Under the pieces are notes generated by a model, which did no database searches, had not been told where the DNA came from, and saw only the letters and a program-made list of their open reading frames with translations. 64,000 nt of DNA, taken from NCBI RefSeq assembly GCF_006345805.1, contig NC_043005.1, forward strand, positions 42,718,001 through 42,782,000. Reading direction: 5' to 3'. This DNA is from Octopus sinensis. Lineage: Eukaryota. The translations under genes and the position numbers were made by a program. Shown in pieces: positions 11,751 to 24,587 of the stretch; the first letter of the stretch is position 1, and each line of letters starts with the position of its first letter.

Positions 11751-13064
11751 TACTATATTATGATAAATGTATATTGTTGTTTTTGTTTGTTAACCCCAAG
11801 TCTGCATTGTTCAAACAAACCTATGATCAAATGCATTCCAGTTGTAGCCTACCTGTTTCTTTAGAGGTACAATAAGAGTACATATTCCAATGTGTCCCTT
11901 TCTGAACTAAAACGATATGAGTTAAGGAAGATTTAGGTGCTGTTGTCAGTAGAACGAGTGACCGTATACAGAATTTCTCATTTCAAATATTTTTGTAACT
12001 TTGGTGATATTTAATGTTTATCAACCAAAGAAACTATTTTATTCAAATAAATCTTGGGATATATGCGAACTACATATTTCAATAAGACATAAACAATAGT
12101 TTATCAACATAATTACTCTGTTATTGTGAAAGAAAATTATTTCCTATTGGTTTATATTTTCTGCGATTTCTTGCTAACAATACACTTTCTTAAAAAGTAA
12201 ATATTCACTGTGAATTTATTTGGAATAGTTTCTGTTTGTGATTGGAACTCCCAGGATTCTGTCACTACAAGATTTTAGTTAAGTGACATACGACGAGGTA
12301 TTACTAACATGACTATGTTATGTTACGAATTCAGCAGGATACAGAGTGAGATTAATAACTCAGTAGGGAATAAAACAATGCAACATCACAATCACTTAAA
12401 ATAACGATAAGATAACTTGCACTTCACACCAACCTTTAGGTGACCCGAAAGCCTGTAGATTAAGCCATTTTGTCACAATATATTGGTAAAATTTATAAAA
12501 GAGATTCGATGTTGAAACTCAAGCCATCGAGGAAGGTGAAAGTAAACCGATCGATTATTTGAAATTGAAGCTAATCTATAAATCTCTAGACCAACGTCAC
12601 CAATATTATGACGTCATATTACCAATATGAATGAATTTTATATTTTATCGAGTGAAAAAATGTCGAATATTTCAAAATTTCTTTTTTTATTGAAATGTGT
12701 TTTAAATGTACAAAATCAAATATGAATATGGACAACTTTCTTTCAATGTTGTTTAAGAGATAGACATGCCAGCTTTGGTTTGTAACCGAGAAAATAACAG
12801 TTTGTGCGATCTCGGCTTCATCGGATGCTAGGAAATAACTGGTGTTTGTTTCCCTTTTGATTTTGGTGAGATATTAATTAAGGCCAGTTATTTATCAAAA
12901 TATGACGAGAAGCAGATACATAACCATATCATTATTTGTTGCCCACAAACCCAAAACATTCTATAACTTTTAACACAGAAGATATTTATAAAAGGTGTAT
13001 TATTAAATGAATGTCTGCTTATAAATACGAAATATAAAATATGCAGATTAAATAAATGTAGATA

Positions 13065-13222
13065 TACATACATACATACATACATACATACATACATACA
13101 TACATACATACATACATACATACATGCATACATACATACATACATACATACATGCATACATACATACATACATACATACATACATACATACATACATACA
13201 TACATACATACATACATACATG
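13065..13222. repeat. (TACA)n tetranucleotide microsatellite
   Basis: Direct inspection. Confidence 0.97.
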
Positions 13223-13399
13223 CATGCACACAAACATATATACATGTGCGCGTGTATGTATGAGTTTGAATAACATTGTGTGAGCGACGAGAACCATCTA
13301 GTCATGTTGGGGTTCGGCTTTAAGGATGTGTTAGCGATTTATCAGACCAAACCGTACCTAGAAGGATATCTGACAGTATGAACAGGGAAAGGTGGTGGT

Positions 13400-13795
13400 A
13401 TTTGCAGATTTGCAAGGGCTGGTTTTCTGACCTACCTGGCTGCCTTACTCAGCTGCAGTAATCATGTATGCCCTTGCGGACATCTGAAGGGCAATTGCTC
13501 CCGTCCTGAGCAATCTGCTCCCATGTGACAAAGCTGGAGCTGAAACCCATAAGAGAAAGTTTTAAAATGCTTTTCAAGGGCTTTTTTTCTGGCCTCTCTG
13601 AAAGCGTTTGTCGTGTTGTAGTTCGATAACTACCATCTTCATGGGCTGAATACGTTGCAAACCTCAGAGGACTTGTCAACACTACGTTACATCTAATCCT
13701 CGGAGGCAGCATTGAGTTCAAGAATATCAACAAAGAAAAATCATTATAATGTCGGCCTTGTGTGAAGTCTCGTGAAGTTAAAGAGTGAGCCATTA
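13400..13795 (-). pseudogene. RTE-clade LINE ORF C-terminal fragment
   Basis: ORF 13449-13793 contains LRFATYSAHEDG and KSILKLSLMG...TWEQIAQDGSNCPSDVRKG, resembling the RTE C-terminus (LRWAGHVxRMxDxR, WExxAxDRxxWRxxV). Confidence 0.65.
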
Positions 13796-13914
13796 GTAAA
13801 GTGTTTTCAAGTCGATACGAATAACTTTGTCTTTAATGTCATCGGGCAGTATGGCTGAAAACATCAAAATGAATAGTGTGAGAACAATTTAATATATATA
13901 TATATATATATATA

Positions 13915-15131
13915 TCAGGTCATCCTATGTGTTCTGTCCGAATTTTGAATAAAGAAATCAAGAGATCAAATGTTATATTTAATTGAAAGTTAATCATTAA
14001 TGTACTTTCCCCGATTATCTATAACATCCTTCCATCTATTTACAAGCTGTTTAATCAATGTAAAACTCTTTTGATTTCAAAGCAAAGAACTCTGAAATGT
14101 AAGTTTCGACCACCTCCTAGCATGCGAAAGTTATGTCCCACAAATGATTCTGTAAACTACGAAACAAATAGTAGTCTGAAGGAGCAAGGTCGGGAGAATA
14201 AGGTGGATGAGGAATTTTTCCCAACCAAGCTCTTCGATCTACTGTGATGTGATCTTTTGCAGTGTGGAGTCGTGCATTGTCTTGGTGAAACATTACTCCT
14301 ATTCGGGTCTTTTTGTCTTCAAAGCTTGGTTCAAACGCTCTAACTACTGACAGTAGACTTGAGCATTGATTGTTGCATTAGGTACTAACAATTCAAAGTA
14401 AATTACTCCTTTGCAATCCCACCAGATAAAGAGAACATTTCACCCATGAAGTTCCCTTCTCGGTTGTGGTTGAGGTTTTTCCTTTTTACCAAGCCACTGT
14501 TTACGTCGTTTAACATTTCGATAGAAGATCCAGTTTTCATCATCAGCCACAAGTCTATCCAAAAAGGGTGAAATGAGTTTGCGAGAATGGAGAGAAAAGC
14601 AGATGTCAACTCGGTATTTGCGGTTGCTTTCGGACAATTCATGAGGCACTCATTTTCCAAGTTAAGAAACTTTTCAAGTTGTTAAAGATGACGACGAACA
14701 GTTGTATGGTTTCAACTAAGCTTTATTGCCAATTCTTCAACTGATAATGCAGAATTTTCTTCAAGTAATGCCTCAAGGATCTTATCATCAAACTCAACTG
14801 GATGTCCTGTTCGACCTTCATCTTCAAGGCTGAAATCACCACTTCTGAATTTTGCAAGCCATCTTCTGCAAGTTCTTTCATTCAAACATTCTTTCCCATA
14901 AACTGAGTACATGTTTCGAGTTGTTTCAGCTGCAGAATTTCCTTTTTTTTGTGCTCATAAAGCATTATGTGCCTCAAATGTTCTTTGGCTACTTCCATGT
15001 TAGAAAGGGTTTTAATCAAAGAAATTTAAAATTCTATTATTCTGTAAAATAACATTATTCTGTAAATAATATTATTCTGTAAAATATTACCAACAAAAGT
15101 AAAATCGGAAATAACTTATGGGATGACCTGA
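13915..15131 (-). mobile_element. Full-length mariner (Tc1/mariner, DD34D) transposon, 1217 bp
   Basis: Imperfect TIRs TCAGGTCATCCTAT..CCGAATTTT and AAAATCGGAAATAACTTATGGGATGACCTGA, flanked by TA at 13913-13914 and 15132-15133. Confidence 0.92.
13990..14998 (-). pseudogene. Inactivated mariner transposase
   Basis: MEVAKEHLRHIMLYE, HTH region ERTCRRWLAKFRSGDFSLEDE, K*VPHEL (WVPHEL motif with TGA), DRLVADDENWIFY, HQDNARLH, PHPPYSPDLAPSDYYLF and RWKDVIDNRGKYI, with frameshifts and stops. Confidence 0.93.
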
Positions 15132-15206
15132 TAAGTATATTTAAATATATATGTACACATATATTTGTGTATAGATCTCTCTATATATCTATCTGAATAT
15201 ATATGA

Positions 15207-15238
<32 letters not shown>

Positions 15239-15294
15239 GTGTGTGTGTGTGTGTGTGTGTGTATGTATAAATATATGTATATATGTATATATAT

Positions 15295-15540
15295 ATACCA
15301 AATCCACTCACAAGGCTTTGGGTCGGCCCGAGGCTATAGTAGAAGACACTTGCCCAAGGTGCCACGCAGTGGGACTGAACCCGGAGCCATGTGGTTCGTA
15401 AGCCACTCTTACGCATATATATATATATATATTTCTAGACTTCTTACACTTTCTATTTACCACATCCACTCACAAGTCTTTTGTCGGTCCCATGCTATAG
15501 TAGAAGACACTTTCTCAAGTTGCCATACAGTGGTACCTTG
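15295..15540 (-). mobile_element. Two partial SINE-B 5' fragments
   Basis: atccactcacaag..ctatagtagaagacact occurs twice. Confidence 0.8.
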
Positions 15541-15559
15541 TGGTTTGGAACCATAATAC

Positions 15560-15775
15560 ATTGGTTTCAAATTTTGGCACAAGGCCAGCTATTTTCAAAA
15601 GATAGAGTAAGTCGGTTACATCTACCCCCAGTACTGAACTAGTTCTTTTTTTCATCGGCCCCGATAGGTTGCAAGGCAAAGACAACCTCGGCAGCATTTG
15701 AACTCAGAATGTTAAGTCGGAACACATGCCGCTAAGAGTTTGCTTGGCGTGCTAACGATTCTGCCAGCTCGCCGC
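15560..15775 (-). mobile_element. SINE-A
   Basis: Ends gctaacgattctgccagctcgccgc, with tttgaactcagaa. Confidence 0.85.
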
Positions 15776-16027
15776 TTTCATGTTATATGTTACGCACACA
15801 CATATACAATAGATGGACTCATATATATACATATACTTACGCGCAATTGTGTGTGTGTGTGTGTCTCTCTCACTCTGTACACCAAACTTGAATATATTAG
15901 CCATGGATTATACTTTATCAGTATGCCTGTATGCATCACTGTGTAAAAAGCCGCATACGCTCATGTCTGCGCTTGAATTTATATACGCATCCCCAACATC
16001 CCCACGCCCACATACACACATGCACAC

Positions 16028-16035
16028 ACACATGA

Positions 16036-16092
<57 letters not shown>

Positions 16093-16353
16093 GATAGATA
16101 GATAGATAGATAGACAGATAGATATAGATATAGATAGGTTGATAGGTAGATGATAGATAGATAGATAGATACTCACTCACACACACACGCGCACACACAC
16201 ATGTATGTATATATATATATATATAAACGCACATATATATATACATATATATACACCTATGCGTATATATAAATATATATATATGTATGCATACTACGTA
16301 TGTACACACACACACACACACGCACATACACATATATATGCATACATACATAC

Positions 16354-16385
<32 letters not shown>

Positions 16386-16465
16386 TTAGTATATATAAAT
16401 ATATTTAGTATGTATGTGTATTAATACACACATACATATACATACATACATACATACACATATAT
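16028..16465. repeat. Compound (TA)n/(GATA)n/(CA)n microsatellite
   Basis: Direct inspection. Confidence 0.93.
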
Positions 16466-16747
16466 ATGAATTGCTTCTTTTTGAAACTCTGTGTGTTGTG
16501 GTGGGAATAAAAATAAAGCAAACCATCCCTGCTGAGGGAGACACCATTTTTTTGCCTTTGATCTCAATTGATTACGTATTAAGCGCTCTCTTGTGAAATG
16601 TAATACATGAAAATATCACTGATTGATATCTGCTGTGCTTTTCTTTTCATAGACACTCGCGCTCGCGCACCGCACCACTACTCATACACATAGACTCACA
16701 CGCTGACACGTACTCACGTACTAATATTTTTATTACGCGCGTGTATA

Positions 16748-16787
<40 letters not shown>

Positions 16788-17373
16788 TGTGTGTGTGTGT
16801 GCATCAATTACGGTGACCATCTGTATGCGTGTGTGTATGTATGTGTGAGCATATACGTTGGTAATGTATAGGTTGGAACAGGAGAGAGGCGGAAATAAAG
16901 GAAAAGATAAAGAGATAAAGGGCGAATATGAATGATGATCGTGGGGATAGGTAAGAGGGGGGTATGGCGTGGATTAAAGGTGATATGATGTGTGTACATG
17001 TATGTACATACACACGTGTATAGATACATACATATATACATATAGATATATTATTAGGTACACACACATATATACATATATATATATATATATATATGTG
17101 CATGTGTACATTGTCCTATATAACTGCACGAATAAACGAATATATAACTATATACATATATACATATATTTATGTGCATAACTTCAAGTAGTTCTATTAT
17201 ACATACATAGATACATACATATATATATTAAACATTTTAATATATGCATACACACGGACGCATATATACACATATATGCATACCTAATATTACGCACAAA
17301 CACATACACACACTCACGCACACATGTATATATACATATATATATACACACACATATATATATATATAATATA

Positions 17374-17409
<36 letters not shown>

Positions 17410-17419
17410 TATATGTGAT

Positions 17420-17610
17420 ATTGGTTTCAGATTTTGGGAAGATGTTTAAGTCGAACTCATCGACCCCACTACTCACATGGTACTTATTTTATCGAACCCG
17501 AAAGGATGAGAACATACTTGATCTTGACCGAATTTGAACTCTAGGCGTAATGATGGAAGAAATGCCGCTAAGCACTTTGTCCATCGCAGTAACGATGCTA
17601 CCCGCTTGCT
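17420..17610 (-). mobile_element. Degenerate SINE-A
   Basis: tcgacccca, cccgaaaggatga, tttgaactc. Confidence 0.75.
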
Positions 17611-17648
<38 letters not shown>

Positions 17649-17776
17649 TTCGGTAATTTTGCGAATAAAGGGTTCAACGTTGATTCTATGTCAGCGTGTG
17701 TGTATAAGAATTTTTTGCGTAATAAGATAAAAAAAAACCAAGGCTATGTAGATATTAGAGCATTTATAGATAGAAG

Positions 17777-17828
17777 GTCTTACGGCTGTTTCTAGGATAT
17801 TTATTTATTGTATTCCTTCAGCGGAGAC
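17777..17828 (-). ncRNA. Degenerate type I hammerhead ribozyme (PLE-type)
   Basis: Minus strand reads GTCT-CCGCTGA-AGGAATA...TATCCTA-GAAA-CAGCCG-TA-AGAC. Stem I is 4 bp. The core differs from CUGAUGA at two positions. Confidence 0.55.
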
Positions 17829-18377
17829 GGTTGAGAAAATTGTTAAGTCATAGTTAGATTAGATGTGATACAAAATAGAGAGTGTGGTAGAGGAGAGAAA
17901 ACAGATGCAAGATATATGGATATTGAAGTTGTAAATCCATTTTTAGGCATAATGATATATATGCAATATTCCAATATCCTATGAGTAAAGTCCAAAAGTC
18001 CAACAGGGTTTAAAATGGGTCCTACCAAATATCGAGTTTATAAGCAATGTAAGATTCCCTTATGAGTGAGATCCACCAGATTTTTAAAGTTGGTCATTCC
18101 CAGTAGAGAATTTATATATATATATATAATTGGTTTCAAATTTTGGCTCGTAAGTTGTGTACATATTGATAGATGTGTGTGTGTGTGTGTGTATGTGTGT
18201 GTGTGTGTGTTTCATGTGTGTCCGTCCGATGATTTGGCGTAAGCGTTAGCGTCTGATGAAATGCCTTGTGTTGCATATTCTAGTTAGTGGCATTCTGATT
18301 TTAACTGTTGCTTAGGTTCAATTGCGCCTCTAATCCTTCCGTGGTTAAAAGAACTATTTAATGTGATGACCGAACTA

Positions 18378-18575
18378 CAGTAACCCCTAGATTATCGCGG
18401 GTGTTACGTTCCAAAAACCAACGCGAAGTAGAAACAGTACTGTGTATTTATTTCTATTATTTTTATGATGTGTACATTTATTTTACTATAAATGCAAAAC
18501 AACACCACGGAGGAATCGACGTAAGCTTAAATAATAAACCGTGATAAGTCAACCGCGATATGGCGAGGGATATCT
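18378..18575. mobile_element. Tigger/pogo-like MITE
   Basis: TA|CAGTAACCCCTAGATTATCGCGG at the left end and a degenerate inverted CCGCGATATGGCGAGGGATATCT at the right. No ORF. Confidence 0.55.
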
Positions 18576-18971
18576 ACAACCGTGTTTGCCTTCTAGTTCG
18601 AAATCCTACCACGGACAATTGAATGGAATACTTAATCAGCGACCCACTTGGGTATAGGCTGTCTTTAGCGAAGGCCGTTCTGTTAGAAATATACGATACA
18701 GTGCTCGAGGAAACGTGTTCCATGCACCGTCACAAGATTTTTAATTTGTTCTGAACCTTTTAGTTGTAAACATATTTTGCTCTCTGAAAAGATTAAATAT
18801 TTCTCTCAGTGTAATTTTTAACGAATTGTAAAGAAAAAAATAACATTGTATACATCGCATTCTTATGACGAAGCAAAGTGAAACATGAAGTCGCAACCAA
18901 CTGAAACCTCACAAGATATATACAGTACATGGAAGGCTCTACTCTCTCTCTCTCTCCTCTCTCTCTCTCTA

Positions 18972-18974
<3 letters not shown>

Positions 18975-19003
<29 letters not shown>

Positions 19004-19068
19004 ATATATTATATGTATATATATATATATGTATATATATGTATATGTATATATATATATATGTATAT

Positions 19069-19102
<34 letters not shown>

Positions 19103-19231
19103 ATATGTATATGTATATATATATGTATGTATATATATATATATGTATATGTATATATATATATGTATGTGTATATATATATGTATATGTATATAGTCCT
19201 AGTCCTGTAGAAGCTCCTTCTATATAATAAA

Positions 19232-19267
<36 letters not shown>

Positions 19268-19270
19268 GTG

Positions 19271-19304
<34 letters not shown>

Positions 19305-19310
19305 TGTACA
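18975..19310. repeat. (TA)n with TG interruptions
   Basis: Direct inspection. Confidence 0.95.
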
Positions 19311-19620
19311 TACCAGTACATACTAATACTTACACCAACCCTATACATACACACGTCCAGACCCCGCATACGCACTTATACTCTCTCTCTCACACACACA
19401 CACACCTATACATACCAATACGTACTAATACTACTAATACATACTAATACATACACCAACCCCATACATACGCACGTCCAGACCAATCTTACGCACTAAT
19501 ACTCTCTCATACACGCACACACACACACACACCTATACATACCAATACGTACTAATACATACTAATACATACACCAACCCTATACATACACACATCCAGA
19601 CCCCTCCCAAGCACTTTTAG
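19310..19620 (+). repeat. Minisatellite, about three units of ~120 bp
   Basis: CCAACCC(T/C)ATACATAC..CCAGACC at 19335, 19456 and 19574. Confidence 0.85.
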
Positions 19621-19787
19621 CTGGTCCCTCAACCCATTTATCAACCCTATTATCTCCCCTTATTTCGCTCTCGCGTCTCATGTTTGATCTTTGACCTCTG
19701 GCCGAAATCAGATCGCCATGTTGATTCGTTAGCTACTGCACGCATTTTTTTTCTCTCCTTCTTTCTGTGTTTTTCTCTCTCTGTGTA

Positions 19788-19825
19788 TCTTTCTGTTGAA
19801 GAGCGTAGGCTCGAAACGTTAAAGA
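19788..19825 (+). ncRNA. Variant minimal hammerhead-like motif within a PLE-like tail (19640-19925)
   Basis: TCTTT-CTGTTGA-A-GAGC-GTAG-GCTC-GAAA-CG-TT-AAAGA, with a 5-bp stem I, 4-bp stem II and loop-less palindromic ACGT stem III. Confidence 0.5.
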
Positions 19826-20204
19826 CTTGTTTTATTTATATTTCCTGAGCGCCATACTAATACAATTGTTCGTTTGTTTTCCACCTGCCTTCGTCTTTTG
19901 TTTATTTTCATAAAGCTTCCCGTTATATATATATGTATATATATATGTATATATATATATGTATATATATATATGTATATATATATATGTATATATATAT
20001 GTATATATATATATGTATATATATTATGTATATATATATATGTATATATATATTATGTATATATATATATATTATATATATATATATATACATGTATAAA
20101 TATATATATATAATTATATATCCTTTAAGTTCGTTTCAGGGAAACGTTTTTGAATATGCATGTACAAGCTCCTATTTTATTATGCCGATTTAATGTAGGA
20201 TAAA

Positions 20205-20227
20205 TATAGTAATAATAATTGAATAAG

Positions 20228-20312
<85 letters not shown>
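20205..20312. repeat. (AGT)n(AAT)n trinucleotide repeat
   Basis: Direct inspection. Confidence 0.95.
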
Positions 20313-20314
<2 letters not shown>

Positions 20315-20433
20315 CATGGATTATTGTTACGATCTATGATCGTAAAAACAAGTGATTTGTAGAAACACATAGCGATGCATTAAAATATTAATAAATTCCA
20401 TCCATGGATTATATATATATATATATATATAGA

Positions 20434-20590
20434 CACAGGCGTGGCTGTGTGGTAAGAAATTTGCTTTCCACCATATGGTTCCGAGTTCAGTCCCACAGCA
20501 TGGTACCTTAGGCGAGTGCCTTCCCTTATAGCCTTGGGCTAGCTAAAGCTTTGAGTGGATGTGATAGACGGAAACTGAAAGGTCATTGTA
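20434..20590 (+). mobile_element. SINE-B 5' part
   Basis: aggcgtggctgtgtggtaag, gagttcagtccc, gatagacggaaactgaaa. Confidence 0.85.
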
Positions 20591-20799
20591 TATATGCGAG
20601 CTCGCCTTAGATAGATAGATAGTTGATACATGTACGTTTGTATGTGTGTATATGAGTATACACACGTGTGAGTGTGTGTATTTTTGTATATATTCATGCA
20701 TTTCTATGTGTTTATATAAGCATACATGTATATATGTGTGGGTATATATGTGGGTGTGCCCATCACGATGTGTGCCACCAAATCATCTGCAATGTGGTG

Positions 20800-20900
20800 A
20801 TGTATAAACCCCTCCTATCCTGCTGTCTTTGCCCACTTATCTAGACGAGTTTTAAAAACGATGGCGGCTACTTCCAATTACATCTGCAGTTAGAAGAAGA
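20800..20900 (-). pseudogene. Possible CR1/L2-type LINE C-terminal remnant
   Basis: Minus-strand NLLLTADVI and EVAAIVFKTRLDKW resemble WNxLPxxVVxAxxxxxFKxRLDK across a frameshift. Confidence 0.35.
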
Positions 20901-21842
20901 TTTGCATAAAAGTGGTGCTAAAGTGCTCACTTAGCTGGAACAGTAGCCGTAACAACGACAATAACAACGGCAAAGAAAACAATAATAATAAAAACAACAG
21001 CAAAAACAAGTGAAACAACAACAACAACAACAACAATGATAAACGACAAAACAGAGGCATCATAACAAAAAAAAAAATCAGTTAATATTAACACCTACAT
21101 ACAAGCACAAACATTGCCTACCGGGAAATATTTAAATGGAAGAATCTCCGCCAATTCTTTACGAATTACCTCGAATATTCGGTTCCTGAATATGGAAAAG
21201 GTATTACGTGAAATAGAACAGTAGTAGAATAGTAAATATATATACACACACCAACACCATGTCCAAAGATTTCATTTAGGAGCAGGCAAAGAGAAAACCA
21301 ATTTATCTTCACTTCAAAAGTGGATGTTCTGTTGGAACAAACTATACTGCGGTAGACGCCTTGAGAGAAACTCTCATATGGGCTTTTGGTGCAAAATTCA
21401 CTCTTGTTTATATAGCTATCGGGGAGATAAATCCCTGCCGTCTCCAATGCCATGAAAAATCAGCTCACGTGATTTCGACCTTCCTTGGTCTTGGCAATGA
21501 TAAATGCACGACCGGTTGAGAAGTCAGCGATTGATCTCCCCACCAGTGATATATAGGAAAACAGCGCCACTGGAGGCGCCGGTGTCGCGATGAGCCAGTG
21601 AGCTTGAGACCAAGGAAGATTGAAATCACGTAATCTGGTGGTTTCGGCGCTGGAAATGGCAGGGCTAGCGATATAAACAAGGGAGAATTTTACACCAAAT
21701 GCTAATATGAGAATTTCCCTCGTGACGTCTATTGCAGTGTAGTTTGTTCTAATAGAGCATCCACATTTAAGTAGGCATAAATATTACCTCTTGGTATTAA
21801 ACTCCCTCTGTCGCTAATACACCCACATACACACAGAGCTTA

Positions 21843-22000
21843 GGCGCAAGAGTGGGTGTGTAGTAAGAAGCCTGTTTACCAACCACATGGTCCAGGGTAC
21901 CCACTACGAGGTACCTTGGGCAAGTGTCTTCTACTATGGCCTTGGGCCGACCAATGCCTTGAGAGTCGATTTGGTAGACGGAAGCTGAAAGAAGCTCGTC

Positions 22001-22055
<55 letters not shown>

Positions 22056-22260
22056 GTGTGTGTATGCTGTATTCACGTGTCTGTCTTTGTCCCCCAACGA
22101 TCGCTCGATGTTGGGTGTTTATATCTCCTCGTAACTTAGCGGTTCGGCAAAAGTGCTCGCTAGATGAATAAGTACTAGGCTACAAGGAATAAGTCCTGGG
22201 GTCGGTTTGTTCAACTAAAGCCGGTACTTCAGTATGGCCGCAGTCAAATAACTAGAAACA
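21843..22260 (+). mobile_element. SINE-B, near full length
   Basis: Head, ccttgggcaagtgtcttc, internal (TA)n, cttagcggttcggcaaaa and tail. Confidence 0.9.
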
Positions 22261-22291
22261 AATTACAGATTATATATTTCTTATACACACA

Positions 22292-22340
<49 letters not shown>

Positions 22341-22354
22341 TTATATTGTCTTTT

Positions 22355-22749
22355 ATTTCTTACTTGTTTCAGTCACTTGATTGCAGCCAAATTAACCTTA
22401 GGACATATTGATTTTAAGCTTAGCACTTATTCCATCGGTCACTTTTGTTCACTCGCTATGTAACGCGAACGTAAACACGCTCACACCTGTTGTCAAGCGG
22501 TGGTGGGAAACAAACACAGACAAAGGCACACAAACACACATATACATAAATGCATACATACATATCATATACACACACACACACACATATATATAAGACG
22601 GCTCTGTCCGTTTCCATCTAGCAAATCCATTCACAAGGATTCAGTACTTATTCTGCCTGTCCCTTTGCCGAACCACTAAGTTTTACGGGAGCGCAAACAC
22701 GCCGGCATCGGTTGTTAAGCGATGGCAGACACGCACGCACACACACACA

Positions 22750-22788
<39 letters not shown>

Positions 22789-22912
22789 CGACGGGCCTCT
22801 TTCAGTTTCCGTCTACCAAATCTACTCACAAGCTTTGCCCGGCCTGAGGCTGCAACTGAACCCGGAACCATATAGTTGGGATGCAAGCTTCTTACCACAC
22901 CGCCACGCCTGC
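22355..22912 (-). mobile_element. Rearranged or nested SINE-B copies
   Basis: gtaaacacgc..ttgtcaagcg/gttaagcg module occurs twice, head ends cttaccacaccgccacgcct. Confidence 0.8.
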
Positions 22913-23529
22913 ATATAATTCAACTTTGTTTCACAGAAAGAAGAGGGTCTTCTACTATACTGTCAAGAGACAAAATAACAGAAGCACTTATCTTCTATAA
23001 TCTTCTGTGGAAGATCATTTCACTTACAGAGCGGAGCAACAGAATGAAGAAAAAACATCAGAGACACGCTCAGATTATTTGATAAACAGCTGCATGTAGG
23101 TTTATGCTGCAATATATCCGACACAACGTAATACAAATAATACAAAGGTTACAATAAGGAACATAGCAAGAACATTGTCGCCTTTGTAAGGGTGACATCG
23201 GAAAATATGTACGAGTATATTTATTTTGGCTTAGGGTGCTGTCATATGCCTTAGGGTGCTGTCATTCGTTTGTCGCTTATATCACATTACACACATATGT
23301 ACGCACATATATATGTGTATGTGTGTGTGTGTGTGTGTGTATGTGTACATGAATAAATAATATATATATTCATATATGTATATATCATCCCTCTCTATCT
23401 CCTCTTCATTTATACACACACACACATGCATAACGGAAACATATATACACATACAACGTGCGGAGTATCAATTGCAGTAAACATATCTAAAATAAAACAG
23501 AATGCGTTATAGAATGGATGATGAGGTGT

Positions 23530-23570
<41 letters not shown>

Positions 23571-23763
23571 CACACACACATATATATATATATATATACT
23601 ACACACGTATATATATATATATATACATACCACACATATATATATATAATATATACATAATATATACATACACAACATATATATATATAATATAAATATA
23701 TATAATATATAAATATATATATATATATAAACACACACATATATATACATACATATAATACAT

Positions 23764-23797
<34 letters not shown>

Positions 23798-23833
23798 CAT
23801 ATATATATAAAATATATTATATATATAATATAT

Positions 23834-23876
<43 letters not shown>

Positions 23877-24060
23877 AGAAACAGAGAGAGATGAATGTAT
23901 AATTTATATGTGTATTTGTAATTGCATGTATATATATATATATTATATATATATATGTATGTATGTATGTAAGCATGTGTACGAGAATGAATATGTGTGT
24001 ATATATATATATATGTATATATGTCCACGTATATATACGTATGTATATATATATATATAT
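23530..24060. repeat. Long degenerate (TA)n field
   Basis: Direct inspection. Confidence 0.95.
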
Positions 24061-24546
24061 ACACCCACGCATGCAGATATGTGTGTATGTGTCTATATGA
24101 ATTATGTGGGACAAACTACAAAATATGAGAGAGAAAGAGAGAAATGCGAAGAGAAGGACAATTACGTACAGAATTGACAAAAAAAAAAAAAACGTACGTA
24201 TGAAGAACACCAGGAATTTTCTCTGCAATATCACTTCAGGATGTGTGATGATTATAATAAAATAATAGTGTTTTATGTAATAACAATGATACTATAATGA
24301 ACATAATGATAATAACGATAGGTAAAAACACTCAAGATCTGCGTGAAGCAAAATCTTTAAAATTAGCTGAATAGGTCTCTAGATTAAACTAGTTTGTCTT
24401 TTGTGTTGGTATCGGCGTGTACTTGTGGGTTTTTCTGTGTGCTGGTGTGTATGTGTGTACATGTGTATTTATGTGTGTGTGTGTGTGTTTTTACATCTAT
24501 ATTTATTAGTGTGTTGGTTATACGTGTGTGTTTGTACGAGCGCAAA

Positions 24547-24587
<41 letters not shown>

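Noticed and set aside
21166-21453. 95-aa minus-strand ORF in non-repetitive sequence
   Set aside because: No recognisable domain. Only a faint resemblance to decayed LINE RT, too weak to call.
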